A stretch of DNA of 64,000 bases from Heterodontus francisci (taxonomy: Eukaryota), in the NCBI RefSeq assembly GCF_036365525.1, contig NC_090380.1, forward strand, positions 102,819,942 through 102,883,941. Reading direction: 5' to 3'. A model generated the notes under the pieces. That model was given only the letters and a program-made list of their open reading frames with translations. It was not told the origin of the DNA and searched no databases. The translations under genes were made by a program, and so were the position numbers. Within the stretch, counting starts at the first letter, position 1, and every line of letters starts with the position of its first letter. Below, one piece after another: positions 50,645-62,370 of this stretch.

Positions 50645-50964
50645 ATAACGAGAAACTGTTCCCACTAGTTGGTGACCATGGGACACAGATATAACATAAT
50701 TAGCAAAATGTGAAGGAGGAGGTGAGGAATTCTTTAACACAGCAAGTTGTTATGATCTGGAATGCACTACCTGAAAGGTTGTTACAAGCAGATTCAATAA
50801 TAATTTTCAAAAGAGAATGTAAGTGTGCTTGAAAAGGAAACATTTGCAGCGCTCTGGGAAAGAGAAGGGGCGAGGGACTAAGTGGTTAGTTCTTTTAAAG
50901 AGCTGGCACAGACATGATGAGGCAAATTGTCTCCTTCTGTGCTGTATAATTCTGTAATTATTGC

Positions 50965-51210
50965 TTCATTTTGTATCGCACTATCATCCCTTGTGTGATT
51001 TAATCACTCCTGCCTTTCAGCCTATCACTGAGCTTCCCTTTTGTTCTTTCCCCCTCCCCATTTCCCTGTCCCTGTAATTATTAAAAAGCTGTCACATCTC
51101 TTTTTTCTTGTTCTGTCGAGAGTTCATCAACCTGAAGTGTTAACTGTTTCTCTCCCCACTGATGCTGTCTGACTTGCTGAGTAGTTTCTGCATCTTCTTT
51201 GTTTATTTAG
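50965..51210 (+). mobile_element. Old Penelope-like 3' fragment
   Basis: gttaactgtttctctccccactgatgctgtctgacttgctgagta. Confidence 0.7.
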
Positions 51211-51799
51211 CAATTTCTGTTACATCTTCAGTTCTTTTAAAAGTTTTCACCCTCACTGCCCTATTCTTACCTTACCTGGAAGCCTATTTTATAGCTAATA
51301 ATGGAGATAGTGCATAGAAACTGAGGGGAGTCTGTGGCCAGAAGTGTTCAGGAGAGGATGTCGCACCAACTTTGTGTCAAGTTTCATATTTCAGGCCCCA
51401 CTTTGACTTTGTGACCGGCACATAGCCCAAATGTGAGGTGAGGAACAAACCGCTATTTCATCCACTAGATCAGAGGCTTCAAGTACGAGATGAGAAGAAA
51501 ATGAAAAGGGTGGGAGTAGGGGCAGGGGATTCAAAAGATTATCTGAAAGATCAAAGGAAATGCATCTCTCCAGCTTTTCATACTATCCAATTATGGAAGT
51601 GAAGGCTATCCTTTCAATCTTCTCCTTTGTTTGCTGTTCTTTTCATCTTGTGGGCTTTGATTTTGTGTGTATTCAGTTCTTTACCTGCTTCAGGCACATG
51701 AGGAGTATTTTCATCCTGTTTAGCCCATTTTGATTCATCTCCCTCTCCGCCCCCACATACATTCACAACCATCCATTAGCCAGGAGAGTGGATGGACAT

Positions 51800-51945
51800 T
51801 CAGCTGTATTTAACTTTACAACAAACACGTGGTAAAACATTCAGGGTGCTTCACAGGCACGCCATTAATCAAAACTTGACACCGAGCCACATAAGGAGCT
51901 ATTAGGACAGATGACCATAGATTTAGTTAAAGAGATAGCTTTTAA
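51800..51945 (-). mobile_element. L2 3' end fragment
   Basis: gcttcacagg..ttgacaccgagccacataaggag..gacagatgacca. Confidence 0.6.
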
Positions 51946-52104
51946 GTATTGTTTACCATTATTGCTCTGCAAATCAGTACAAAGCATTCATCCAGCTCCT
52001 TTTAAAATGCGTTTATTTGGTACAACTTTATCTATGGCCAATAAAAGCAGAAAATGCTGGAAATACTCAGCAGGTCTGGCAGCATCTGTGGAGAGAGAAA
52101 CAGA

Positions 52105-52139
52105 GTTAACGTTTCAGGTCAGTGACCTTTCATCAGAAC
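52105..52139 (-). ncRNA. Minimal type-I hammerhead ribozyme motif in a Penelope fragment (52040-52140)
   Basis: GUU-CUGAUGA-A-AGGUC-ACU-GACCU-GAA-ACGU-U-AAC: conserved core, stem II, palindromic stem III, 3-bp stem I. Confidence 0.7.
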
Positions 52140-54043
52140 AGTACTTAGTCTGATGGCACAGTCGTAGGGCCACAGTTCCTTGCCTTTGGTCCTCCATAGC
52201 CAGTGATGTACTTTTTTTCCCAAAAATATACTTTATTTATAAAAATCTGTAAAAATAAAATTACAAAACCGTTCCAATTTGACATTCCAGAAAGTGCAAA
52301 AGAAATAAGTTTCCTTCGATACAGAAAGTGAGTCGCCTCACAACCTTTCCATTCCATTTGCATTACACAGCAAAACCATAGTTTGGTGCATACAGCCCGA
52401 GGGGTTTTCACGGTTACCAGCCCCTCGGTATACTAGGCAGGAGGGCCATACACAGTGGCCTTCCCCCATTGAGCCTTTGCGGCAGCTGGCCCAAGCTTGA
52501 GTACTCCAGCACATCGTCCTGGACCTTGGAATGTGCCAGTCTGCAACACTCGGTTGTGGACAACTTTTTGCGCTGGAAGACCAGCAAGTTACAGGCAGAC
52601 CAAAGTGCGTCCTTCACTGAGCTGATGGTCCTCCAGCAACAATTGATGCTTATCTCGGTGTGTGTCCCTGGTAACAGACCGTAGAGCACAGACTCCTGCG
52701 CTACGGAGCTGCTCGAGATGAACCTCGATAAAAACCACTGCATCTCTTTCCACACCTGCTTTGCAAAGGCACATTCCAGAAGGAGGTGGGCAACTGTCTC
52801 TTCCCCACCACAGCCACCTGGGGGGCAGCATGCGGAGTCGGTGAGATTCCAGGCGTGCAGGAAGGATCTGACAGAGAGGGCCCTTCTCACCACCAGCCAA
52901 GCTACGTCTCGGTGCTTGTTTGAAAGTTCTGGTGATGAGGCATTCTGCCAAATGACTTTGACGGTCTGCTCGGGGAACCGTCCGACAGAATCCACCATTC
53001 TACTTTTCCCGTAGGGCCTTGAGGACATTCCGTGTAGACCACTGCCAGATGGACTTGCGGTCAAAGATGTTTTTTTGCACAAACTTTTCCACGAAGGATA
53101 GGTGGTACGGCACTGTCCAACTGGATGGAGCATTCTGCGGCAATGTGGCCAGGCCCATCCTTCATAACAGATAGAACCTCAGCACGTAGTGACACTTGGT
53201 GTTTGCGTACTGGGGCTCTACGCACAGCTGGATGCAGCCGCACACAAAAGTGGTCATCAGGATGAGGATGATGCTGGGTACATTTTTTCCCTCTTTATCT
53301 AGAGGTTTGAACATCGTGTCCCTGCAGATACGATCCATTTTGCATCGCCAGATAAAGTGGAAAATGGCTCGGGTGACCACCACGGCACAGGAGTGGGTAT
53401 GGGCTAGACCTGCGCCATGTACAGTAACAACGTGAGCGCCTTGCACCTGATAACCAGGTTCTTATCCACAATGGAGAGAGATCGCTGATCCCACATGCTC
53501 AGTTTATGTTTAACCATGGCTATATGCTCCTTCTAGGTTTTGGCACACACCCTCGTCCCTCCAAACCATATCCCCAGCATCTTCAGGTAGTCTGACCTGA
53601 TGGTGAAGGGAACAACGGATCGGTCAGCCCAGTTCCCAAAGAACATGGCCTCGCTCTTGACGCAATTTACTTTGGCTCCTGAGGCCAGTTCGAACTGGTC
53701 GCGGATGCTCATCAGACTGTGAATGGACAGCGGATCCGAGCAGAAGACGGCGACATTGTCCATGTACAGGGAGGCTTTTATCTGAGTGCCTCCGCTGCCT
53801 GGGATTGTCACCCCTCTTATGCTCGCATCCTTCCTAATGGACGCAGCAAAGGGTTCGATACAGCAAGACAAACAAGACAGGGGAGAGAGGACAGCCCTGT
53901 CTGACTCCAGATTGGATCGGGAAACTTTCTGATTCCCACCCATTGATTGAGAGCGCGCTACTAATGTTTGTGTAGAGCAGTTTGATCCAATTGCAGATTC
54001 CCTCCCCAAACCCCATTTTGGAGAGCACGTCCATCATGTATGT

Positions 54044-54398
54044 TTAGTTTAGTTTAGTTTAGAGATACAGCACTGAAACAGGCCCTTCGGCCCACCGAGT
54101 CTGTGCCGACCATCAACCACCCATTTATACTAATCCTACACTAATCCCACATTCCTACCACATCCCCACCTATCCCTATATTTCCCTACCACCTACTTAT
54201 ACTGGGGGCAATTTATAATGGCCAATTTACCTACCAACCTGCAAGTCTTTTGGCTTGTGGGAGGAAACCGGAGCACCCGGAGGAAACCCACGCAGACACA
54301 GGGAGAACTTGCAAACTCCACACAGACAGTACCCAGAATTGAACCCGGGTCGCTGGAGCTGTGAGGCTGCGGTGCTAACCACTGCGCCACTGTGCCGC
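54044..54398 (-). mobile_element. HE1-type V-SINE nested in Tx1
   Basis: (TAAAC)n tail and HE1 body. Confidence 0.9.
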
Positions 54399-54836
54399 CA
54401 CTGTGTGCAATATCCTGTCAAATGCCTTCTCCTGGTCCAGGCTGATGAGACAGGTGTCCACCTCCCTGTCCCGTACATAGGCGATTATTTCCCTGAGTAG
54501 TGCGAGACTATCAGAGATCTTCCTGTCAGGTACAGTGCAGGTCTGATCGGGGTGAATCACTAACTCCAGAGCAGACTTAACCTGACTGGTGATGAATGTG
54601 GACAGAATCTTGTAGTCTTCATTAAGCAGTGAGATGGGCCGCCAATTTCTGATTTCTGCCCTCTCTCCCTTCCGCTTGTAGATGAGGGTGATGATGCCTT
54701 TCCTCATGGATTCTGACACGCTGCCGGCCACAAGCATACTCTCGTACACTTCCAGCAGGTCTAGGCTGGTGCAGTCCGATTGAGTTGAATACAACTCAAC
54801 GGGTAAGCTGTCGCTTCTGGGAGTTTTACTCGTCTC

Positions 54837-55795
54837 ACAGAATCACAGAATAATACAGTGCGGAAGAGGCCCTTTGGCCCATCGAGTCTGCACTGATGCA
54901 TTAAAACACCTGACCTGTCTACCTAATCCCATTTGCCAGCACTTGGCCCATAACCTTGAATGTTATGACGTGCCAAGTGCTCATCCAGGTACTTTTTAAA
55001 GGATGTGAGGCAACCCGCCTCTACCACCCTCCCAGGCAGGGCATTCCAGACTGTCACCACCCTCTGGGTAAAAAAGTTCTTCCTCAAATCCCCCTTAAAC
55101 GTCCCGCCCCTCACCTTAAACTTGTGACCCCTCGTAACTGACCCTTCAACTAAGGGGAACAGCTGCTCCCTATCCACCCTGTCCCTGCCCCTCATAATCT
55201 TGTACACTTCAATCAGGTCACCCCTCGGTCTTCTCTGCTCCAGCGAAAACAACCCAAGCCTATCCAACCTCTCTTCAGAGCTTAAATGTTCCATCCCAGG
55301 CAACATCCTGGTGAATCGCCTCTGCACCCCCTCCAATGCAATCACATCCTTCCTAAAATATGGTGACCAGAATTGCATACAGTACTCCAGCTGTGGCCTT
55401 ACCAAAGTTCTGTACAACTCCAACATGACCTCCCTGCTTTTGTAATCTATGCCTCGATTGATAAAGGCAAGTGTCCCATATGCCTTTTTCACCACTCTAT
55501 TAACCTGCCCTTCTGCCTTCAGAGATCTATGGACAAGCACACCAAGGTCCCTTTGTTCCTCGGAACTTCCCAGTGTCAGGCCATTCATTGAATACTTCTG
55601 TGTCACATTACTCCTTCCAAACACTTTTCAGCGTTAAATTCCATCGGCCACTTTTCTGCGCATTTGACCATCCCGTCTATATCTTCCTGTAACCTAAGAC
55701 ACTCCACCTCACTGTTAACCACTCGGCCAATCTTTGTGTCATCCGCGAACTTACTGATCCTACCCCCCACATAGTCATCTATGTCGTTTATATAA
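54837..55795 (-). mobile_element. CR1 3' fragment nested in Tx1
   Basis: 233-aa ORF2 C-terminus; TCTC repeated at both junctions. Confidence 0.92.
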
Positions 55796-56934
55796 ATATA
55801 TCTCGATGGACCTGACGGCCTTTGTCAGCACATCCAGAGTTAGCGGTTTGTCCAGACTCTCGCGTATTGTCATCTAAGACCTCCGTGATAGATGACAGAA
55901 AAGACAGGGAGGCCGTGGGCTTCACGTCGTACAGCCCAGCATAAAAGGACTTGCTAATCCTTAGTATGTCAGACTGCGATGATGTTACTGAGCCATCCTT
56001 GTCCTTCAGGCTGCTGATCACAGAGCTCTCTGTGTGGTACCTTTTGGAAAAAGAAATGCGAGCATGTCCCATTCTGCTCAACGGAGCGGACTCTAGACCA
56101 GAAGATGAACTTGGAGGCCTCCGTGGCAAAGAGCGAGGCCTGATGGCTCTTCACCTCTTGGAGGTCCTCCTTGACCTCGACCCCCATCGATTGCAGCCGG
56201 AGCTGCAATTCCTTTTCCAAAATATACTTTATTCATAAAAATCTGTAAAAAATACATTACAAAAGAGTTCAAAACAGCACCAAGTCGACAATACGAAGAG
56301 TGCAAAGGAGATCAGTTTCCTTCGATACAGGAGTGAGTTGCCTCACAACCCTTCCATTTCATTTTACATGCCATGCATATTTTGCAGTAAACCCATATTT
56401 TCTGGATACAGCCCAAGGGGTTTTCCATGGATCCAGCCCCTCAGTTCAGCTTGTTGGGAGGACATTACACAGTGATCTTTCCCCATTGAGCCTTTGCCGT
56501 GGCTGCCCCAAGCTTTAATGCGTCCCTCAGCACATAGTCCTGGACCTTGGAATGTGCCAGTCTGCAACATTCGGTCGTGGACAACACTTTGCACTGGAAG
56601 TCCAGCAAGTTTCGGGCAGACCAAAGGGCTTCTTTCACCGAATTGATGGTCCTCCAGCAGCAGTTGATGTTTATCTCGGTGTGCGATCCTGGGAAAAGCC
56701 CGTAGAGCACAGACTCCTGTGTTACGGAGCTGCTTGGGATGAACCTCGACAAAAACCACTGCATCTCTTTCCACACCTGCTTTGCAAAGACACATTCCAG
56801 AAGGAGGTGGGCAACTGTCTCTTCCCCACCACAACAGTGATGTACTCCACCACCAAAACCTATTTGGGAAGACCTGACTTCACAGCATTATGGGCAGAGG
56901 CCTGAGAGTAGGATGTTTACCTACACTTCAGAGT

Positions 56935-57355
56935 AAGCTGGTGTAAGGTTGTTACTAGACTAATAATGATCCAGAGAATATGAGTTCAAATGCCACCATG
57001 GCAGGTTAGGGATTTGAATTCAGCTTATAAAAATATCAGAAAATAAAAAGCATGCATCAGTAAAAGTGACCACAAAGCTGGTAGATTGTTGTAACAACCC
57101 GACTAGTCATTAATGCCCTTTAGGGAAGGACATCTTCTGTCCTTACCTGGTCTGGGCCTATAGATGTCTCCAGTCTACATCAAAGTGGTTGACACTTAAT
57201 TACTATCTGAAGTGGTCTAGCATAGTCAGTCAGTTGTTTTCAGATGCTGCTAGTGGTTCAAGAAGAAGACTCACCAACACTTTCTCAAGGTAACTAGGGA
57301 TGAACAATAAATGCCAGCCTTGTCAGTGATGCCCAGACCCTGTGAAGGAATAATA
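56935..57355 (+). mobile_element. Older SINE derivative of the 4524-type LINE with a longer LINE tail
   Basis: taatgccctttagggaagga..ccttacctggtctgg, then ggttcaagaagaagactcaccaacactttctcaaggtaactagggatgaacaataaatgc. Confidence 0.75.
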
Positions 57356-57554
57356 GAAAATACACTCCTGCATGTGTAAGTAGGGTGACGGGTGGAAGAA
57401 ATTCAGTGGCAAGAAAATAATAAGAAAGGATAAATCAAGCCCTTAAGCTAATTTTAGAATAGTTTTAATTCAAGCATGCTCAGAAAAATAGTGGCAAATT
57501 TATCACTGATAAAACATTGTATAAAACTAAACCTCTGCTACTCTTGTGCCACAG

Positions 57555-57854
57555 TTGATGGAATGGTATCTTTTGCAAGCACGATCTCATCTGTGGTGTT
57601 AAACCATAGCACAGACATCATCTGTAAGGCTGAAGGCTGGAATCCTGTACCAACTGTCAGCTGGACAATAAACGAAACAGTTGTGGATTCAAAAATGTAC
57701 ACCACCACCTTTCAAGCATCTTCGGGACATCTCTACAATGCCCTGAGCACCTTAAATCTCACACTTAGTGCCAGTGCTAAAGTTGTGTGCCTGGCCACCA
57801 TAAAGGTTCTTCCTCAGCCTAAAACTGCTGCACTTATCATCACTGTGAGACAAC
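57555..57854 (+). CDS. IGSF5: IGSF5/JAM4-like gene, second (C2-type) Ig domain exon
   Basis: Acceptor ctcttgtgccacag|, donor CAAC|GTAAGT, phase 1-1, 300 nt. VDGMVSF..DIICKAEGWNPVPTVSW..NALSTLNLT..VVCLATIK..AALIITVRQ has the C-x-A-x-G-W-x-P-x-P-x-V-S-W motif and a second Cys. Confidence 0.9.
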
Positions 57855-57954
57855 GTAAGTATAGTGCCTTATATATGTAAGTCAAATTAGGTTTGTTTAG
57901 TACTGTGAGTTATTGTTTGGTCACAGTGTCAAAATCTAGATTAAACCAAGGTTG

Positions 57955-58340
57955 TGTGAGGTTTCTCTTGATGGTTCACTAGGTAAATATCAGTGCAGTG
58001 TGCAACTGAGCCATGTAAAACAGGAACATCCCAAAGTTGTGCCCTGGCAAATGCTGAATTTACCTAATGTTGGCGAGAGTGCCACTACCATTAGACATAG
58101 AGGCCCCAAGCGAAGGAGGAGAAAAATATTAATTGTCCTTTGACTCCTACTGAAATGTACGTGTGGATGTCAAGTGAGGACAGTGTTAGGTTCAGGTGTG
58201 ATCCCATTTATAACCAAATCTCCTGCTACTATTCACTGCCTGAACTCTCAAACAAGGAATGGTCCTCTCGGAGAGGTGGATGAGCACCAGCCACAAAGCC
58301 ATCCTGAGCATGAGTCTTCGGGGACAGAGACGAGAAAATT
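57955..58340 (+). mobile_element. AmnSINE2-like old SINE (tentative)
   Basis: ctgagccat..caggaa..gctga..gtgtggatgtcaagtgaggacag..gtgtgat..cactcactg-like blocks in the remembered consensus order. Confidence 0.5.
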
Positions 58341-59113
58341 CCAAATCTTCATTTGAACTTTGGATGTATTCACAGTGGATTAACTACTTTGAAGTAACCA
58401 TTATGCCTAATCACATGACAGGGATGATGTGATACATCTTAGTAATGGCAGTACTCAGGCTGTTGTCATATCACATGACCTGAAGGAAAATATTAACCAT
58501 AATATTATTAGGAGAACCACTCCACTCTTATGAAATAAAAGAAACTGCATGTAAAAGCTACAGCTTCTAGTAAAGATGAGATCTTTGATGTTTATATTTT
58601 GAATGTTTTCATATCTAATTTTCAAATGTTTGGCAGACTTTATTAGGTTGCTTTGCACTACCGGAAACTGCGAAGGTTAATTAATGCAAAAGAAGGTACA
58701 GGACTGAAAACAGATCAGTACAGTCCATCAGGCTGGTCTAAAGGTCCAGACAGTATAAAATACTCTTCCAACATTCATAACCTCTCAATTACTTCACTCA
58801 CCAAATATCTATCCAGCTCCCTGTTGAATTTATCAACACAATCTGTCCTCATTACTGCCACAACAACACCCTATTAAATCAGCTGCTATGAATTGGGTGC
58901 TTTTCCGTGATTTTTATGCTAGTGTGTTTCTGGTACACAGACAAGTTACACAATACTGATGCATTGGAAACTCTCATCTTTCAGGATTAGTATTGCTTCT
59001 CCATTTCCCACCTCTCAAACTGATTGTTCATATTTAATAACTATTTGCTAATCCTTCAATAAATTTTATTCACAAAAAAAGGGTTACTTAGAGATCAACA
59101 TTAAAATGAATCA

Positions 59114-59210
59114 AAAACAAGAAATGCTGGATTCACTCAGCAGGTCTGGCAGCATCTGTGGAAAGAGAAGCAGAGTTAACGTTTCGGGTCAGTGACCCTT
59201 CTTCGGAACT
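59114..59210 (-). mobile_element. 97-bp Penelope mini-insertion (hammerhead motif plus tail) with 15-bp TSD
   Basis: CATTAAAATGAATCA at 59099-113 and 59211-25. Confidence 0.9.
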
Positions 59211-59454
59211 CATTAAAATGAATCAGTGCAGTCTGTTAGAATATGTCAAATAGTCTACATGATGTGGATAATAGTAACAACTGTGCCCCCTGAAGGAGCT
59301 GGTGATGGGAACATCAACATGTAAACCTGATCGAAACTTGTCAACATGCAGTAAAAGATTATGCTATTGAGTTAACAATTTATTCGCTTTCTAAATATTG
59401 CTAATGTTATGATATATTTTGACCGATAGATAAAGTAAAAGAAAAAGATACATA

Positions 59455-60112
59455 AACAAAAGACTTGCATTTATTTAGTGCCTTTCACAACCACAGGACA
59501 TCCCAAAGCACTTTATAGCCAATGAAGTACTTTTGCAATATAATCACTGTGCAATTTGGAAACGCAGCAGTTAATTTGCACACAGCAAGCTCCCACAAAC
59601 AGCAATATGATAATAGCCAGTTAATTTGTTTTCGTGATGGTGGTTGAGGGACAATTGATGGCCAGAATACTGGGGATAACTCCCCTGCTTTTCTTCCAAA
59701 TAGTGGCAGCAGATCTTCTACAGCCACCTGACAGAGCTTTGATTTAACATCTCACCCAAACAACAGCACCTCTGACAGGGCAGCCCTCCCTCAGTACTAG
59801 AGTATCAAGCCTAGATTTTTGTGCTCAAGTCCTGGAGTGGTACTTGACTCAGAGGCAAAAGTGTTGCCAACTGAACCAAAGCTGACACATCAATATCAGC
59901 TAGGATCTTGGAAATCTCTTTCCATTCTGACCACCCCAAAGTCACTAAGATACTGAGAGATGAGTATCATAAATGTAATATTTTGTGACAGCTGTATCAT
60001 AAAAAGACAGAAAGACTTCCATTTACATAGTGCTTTTTATGACCTCAGGACATGCCAAAGCACTTTATAGCCAATGAAGTATTTTTGAAGTGTAATCATT
60101 GTTGTAATGTAG
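59455..60112 (-). mobile_element. SacSINE1-like copy (59455-59890) and 3' fragment (60005-60112)
   Basis: gacttgcatttatttagtgcctttcac..cacagcaagctcccacaaacagcaat..aactcccctgct. Confidence 0.75.
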
Positions 60113-60229
60113 GTGTGTAAAGGACAAAGGATTTTCTGATGTTCTTTATTATGGCTTATATTAAACTGAATTATTTCTCATGAATCTATAGTAAGAGAGC
60201 TCTTCCATTAACTCCATGGATAAGTAACT

Positions 60230-60540
60230 GCCAGGAGAATCTAGAAAATGGGGGCAGAGCCTCAGGATGAGGGGCTGAACATTTAGGACTGAGATGAGGA
60301 GAAATTTCTTCACTCGGACTGTAGTGAATCTTTGGAATTCTCTACCGCAGAGGGTGGTGAATGCTCCATTGTTGAACATATTTAAGGCTGAGACAGACTG
60401 ATGTTTGGTCTCTCAGGGATATGGGGAGAGGACGGGAAAGTAGAGTTGAAGCCAAAGATCAGCCATGATCTTATTGAATGGCGGTGCAGGCTTGAGGGGC
60501 CGTATGGTCTACTCCTGCTCCTATTTCTTATGTTCTTATG
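60230..60540 (+). mobile_element. CR1 3' fragment
   Basis: aggactgagatgaggagaaatttcttcact..ctatttcttatgttcttatg. Confidence 0.88.
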
Positions 60541-60870
60541 ACAAGAAGGCTCAAGGTTCTATTTGATAGTCTGTGCTGAGTTAACTGATCTCAGATGGGT
60601 ATTGATGGGGGTGCAAACAATTGACCTCAATTTCCCTCGGGCAGGGAAGGTAAAAGCCAGTCAGGCCATCCTAATTGCTATCACTGTTTGTCAAGTGCAT
60701 AGATGTCGACATTGGGTGATAACAGGGTCAGACTCAGTCATTACAGCCTCAGAGTTAAACAGGCTCACATAAGAATTAGATCTTGGTTGAGATACGGGCG
60801 GGAAGCCAGTGCCCAGGAAACTATACCCCAGCTAGAGTCAACACTCCCAGGTGAGATAGGGAGAGAATTA
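60541..60870 (+). mobile_element. AmnSINE2-like old SINE (tentative)
   Basis: gtctgtgctgagttaactgatctcag..acaattgacctca..aggctcacat. Confidence 0.5.
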
Positions 60871-61041
60871 AATCTTCACTTGAATGCCATTCTACTGCTT
60901 TATGACATTGCCTTGAATCAAATCCTTGTAGCTCCTTGCCGTTTATCTATCACCAGTCTATATATTGCACATTTTTGAGAAATGTCGTGGTGCTTGGGTT
61001 ATCAGCTATTGACTAATTTTTTTAAGTGTTTGACTTTACAG

Positions 61042-61158
61042 CCAGTCAGGATCGGACCTGGTTAATTATTGCTATTGTGGTGCCTATTGCTGCAGTTCTC
61101 CTGCTTATAATACTCATCATAGTGATCGCATTCTGCATAAAACGAATCAAACACTCTG
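61042..61158 (+). CDS. IGSF5: IGSF5/JAM4-like gene, transmembrane exon (not in ORF track)
   Basis: Acceptor tttgactttacag|, donor CTG|GTCAGT, 117 nt, phase 1-1. (P)SQDRTW-LIIAIVVPIAAVLLLIILIIVIAFCI-KRIKHS is a hydrophobic span followed by a basic stop-transfer. Confidence 0.88.
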
Positions 61159-61368
61159 GTCAGTAACATTTTTCCATTAATCCTTTCAATGCTGATGTAC
61201 ATATTTATTTACAATTTTAAGTTTTTTATTGCAATTGTTTTTTGGTTGCAACATATATTAAATTCGCAAGGTAAACATACCTAGTGGATTAAAGTATTCA
61301 GTGAGCTTTACTGTGTTGCCGGTAACTCTGCAGTCTGATTCCAGGTAATGCTGGGCTCTGTGTTAGCA

Positions 61369-61685
61369 TCATAGAGTCATTAGAGTCATTTATTTACAGC
61401 AATGAAGAAAGACATACGGCCCATTGAGTCCATTCTGGCTTTCCATGGAGCTATCCAATCAGTCCCACTCCCCTGCTCGAACCCCTAGCCCAACAAGTCT
61501 ATTTCCTTCAAGTGGCCATCCAATTTACTTTTGAAGTCATTGATTGTCTCTGCTTCCACCATCCTTATGGGCAGTAAGTTCCAGGTCATTACCTGGATAA
61601 AAAAGTTCTTCCTCATATTCCCCCTGCATCTCTTGCCCAAAACCTTCAATCTGTCTCCCCTGCACCTTGTACCATTAGTTAATGG
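61369..61685 (-). mobile_element. CR1 3' fragment
   Basis: MRKNFFIQ..WNLLP..VEAETI. Confidence 0.85.
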
Positions 61686-62370
61686 TGTCACAAAAATATG
61701 TTATGTTGAATGATGGCAGGATGCCAGTGTGATCCAGGGCAAACACTCTGCAGTAAGTGTTTGCGGCTCGAAGAGCTTCGGCTCAGAATCATTGAACTGG
61801 AGTCCGAGCTGCAGACACTGTGACACGTCAGGGAGGAGCAAAGTTACCTGGACAGTTTGTACCAGGAAGCGGTCACATCCCTTAGAATAGGGTCTCCTGA
61901 TTTGGTCAGTGGTCAGGGACAGGAGAGTGTGGCTGCAGCTGAGTAAGGGGACACAAAGGGCAGGAGTGCAGGAGCCTTAGCCTTTGCAATTATCCAACAG
62001 GTTTGAGGTTCTTTCAGTTGGTTTGGATGAGAATGGGGACTGCAGGCTGGATGAGCAACCTGACCATGGCACCATGGTACATGAAGCCATTCAAGTGGAG
62101 GGAGCAAACATGAATGTAGTGGTAGTAGGGGGATTGACACTGTTCTCAGCAGCAATGAGCGAGAGTCCAGAAGGCTGTGTTGCCTGCCCGGTTCTAGGGT
62201 TCGGGACACCTGCTCAGGGCTGGAGAGGAGCTTACAGTAGGAGGGGGAGGATCCAGTCGTCATGGTCCATGTAGGTACCAACGACATAGGCAGGACAAGG
62301 AAAGAGGTTCTGCATAGTCAGTAGGAGGAACTAGGTGCCAAATTAAGAAGCAGAACCTCAAAGGTAATAA

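Larger units (their letters stand above)
52213..56834 (-). mobile_element. Tx1-clade LINE composite (long 5'-truncated copy to ~56205 plus second 3' fragment ~56212-56834) within one 12-bp TSD
   Basis: NWRPISLLNEDYKIL, HPDQTC, SLDQEKAFD, YMD, C..GC..EETVAHLLLEC; CAGTGATGTACT at 52201-12 and 56835-46. Confidence 0.9.
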
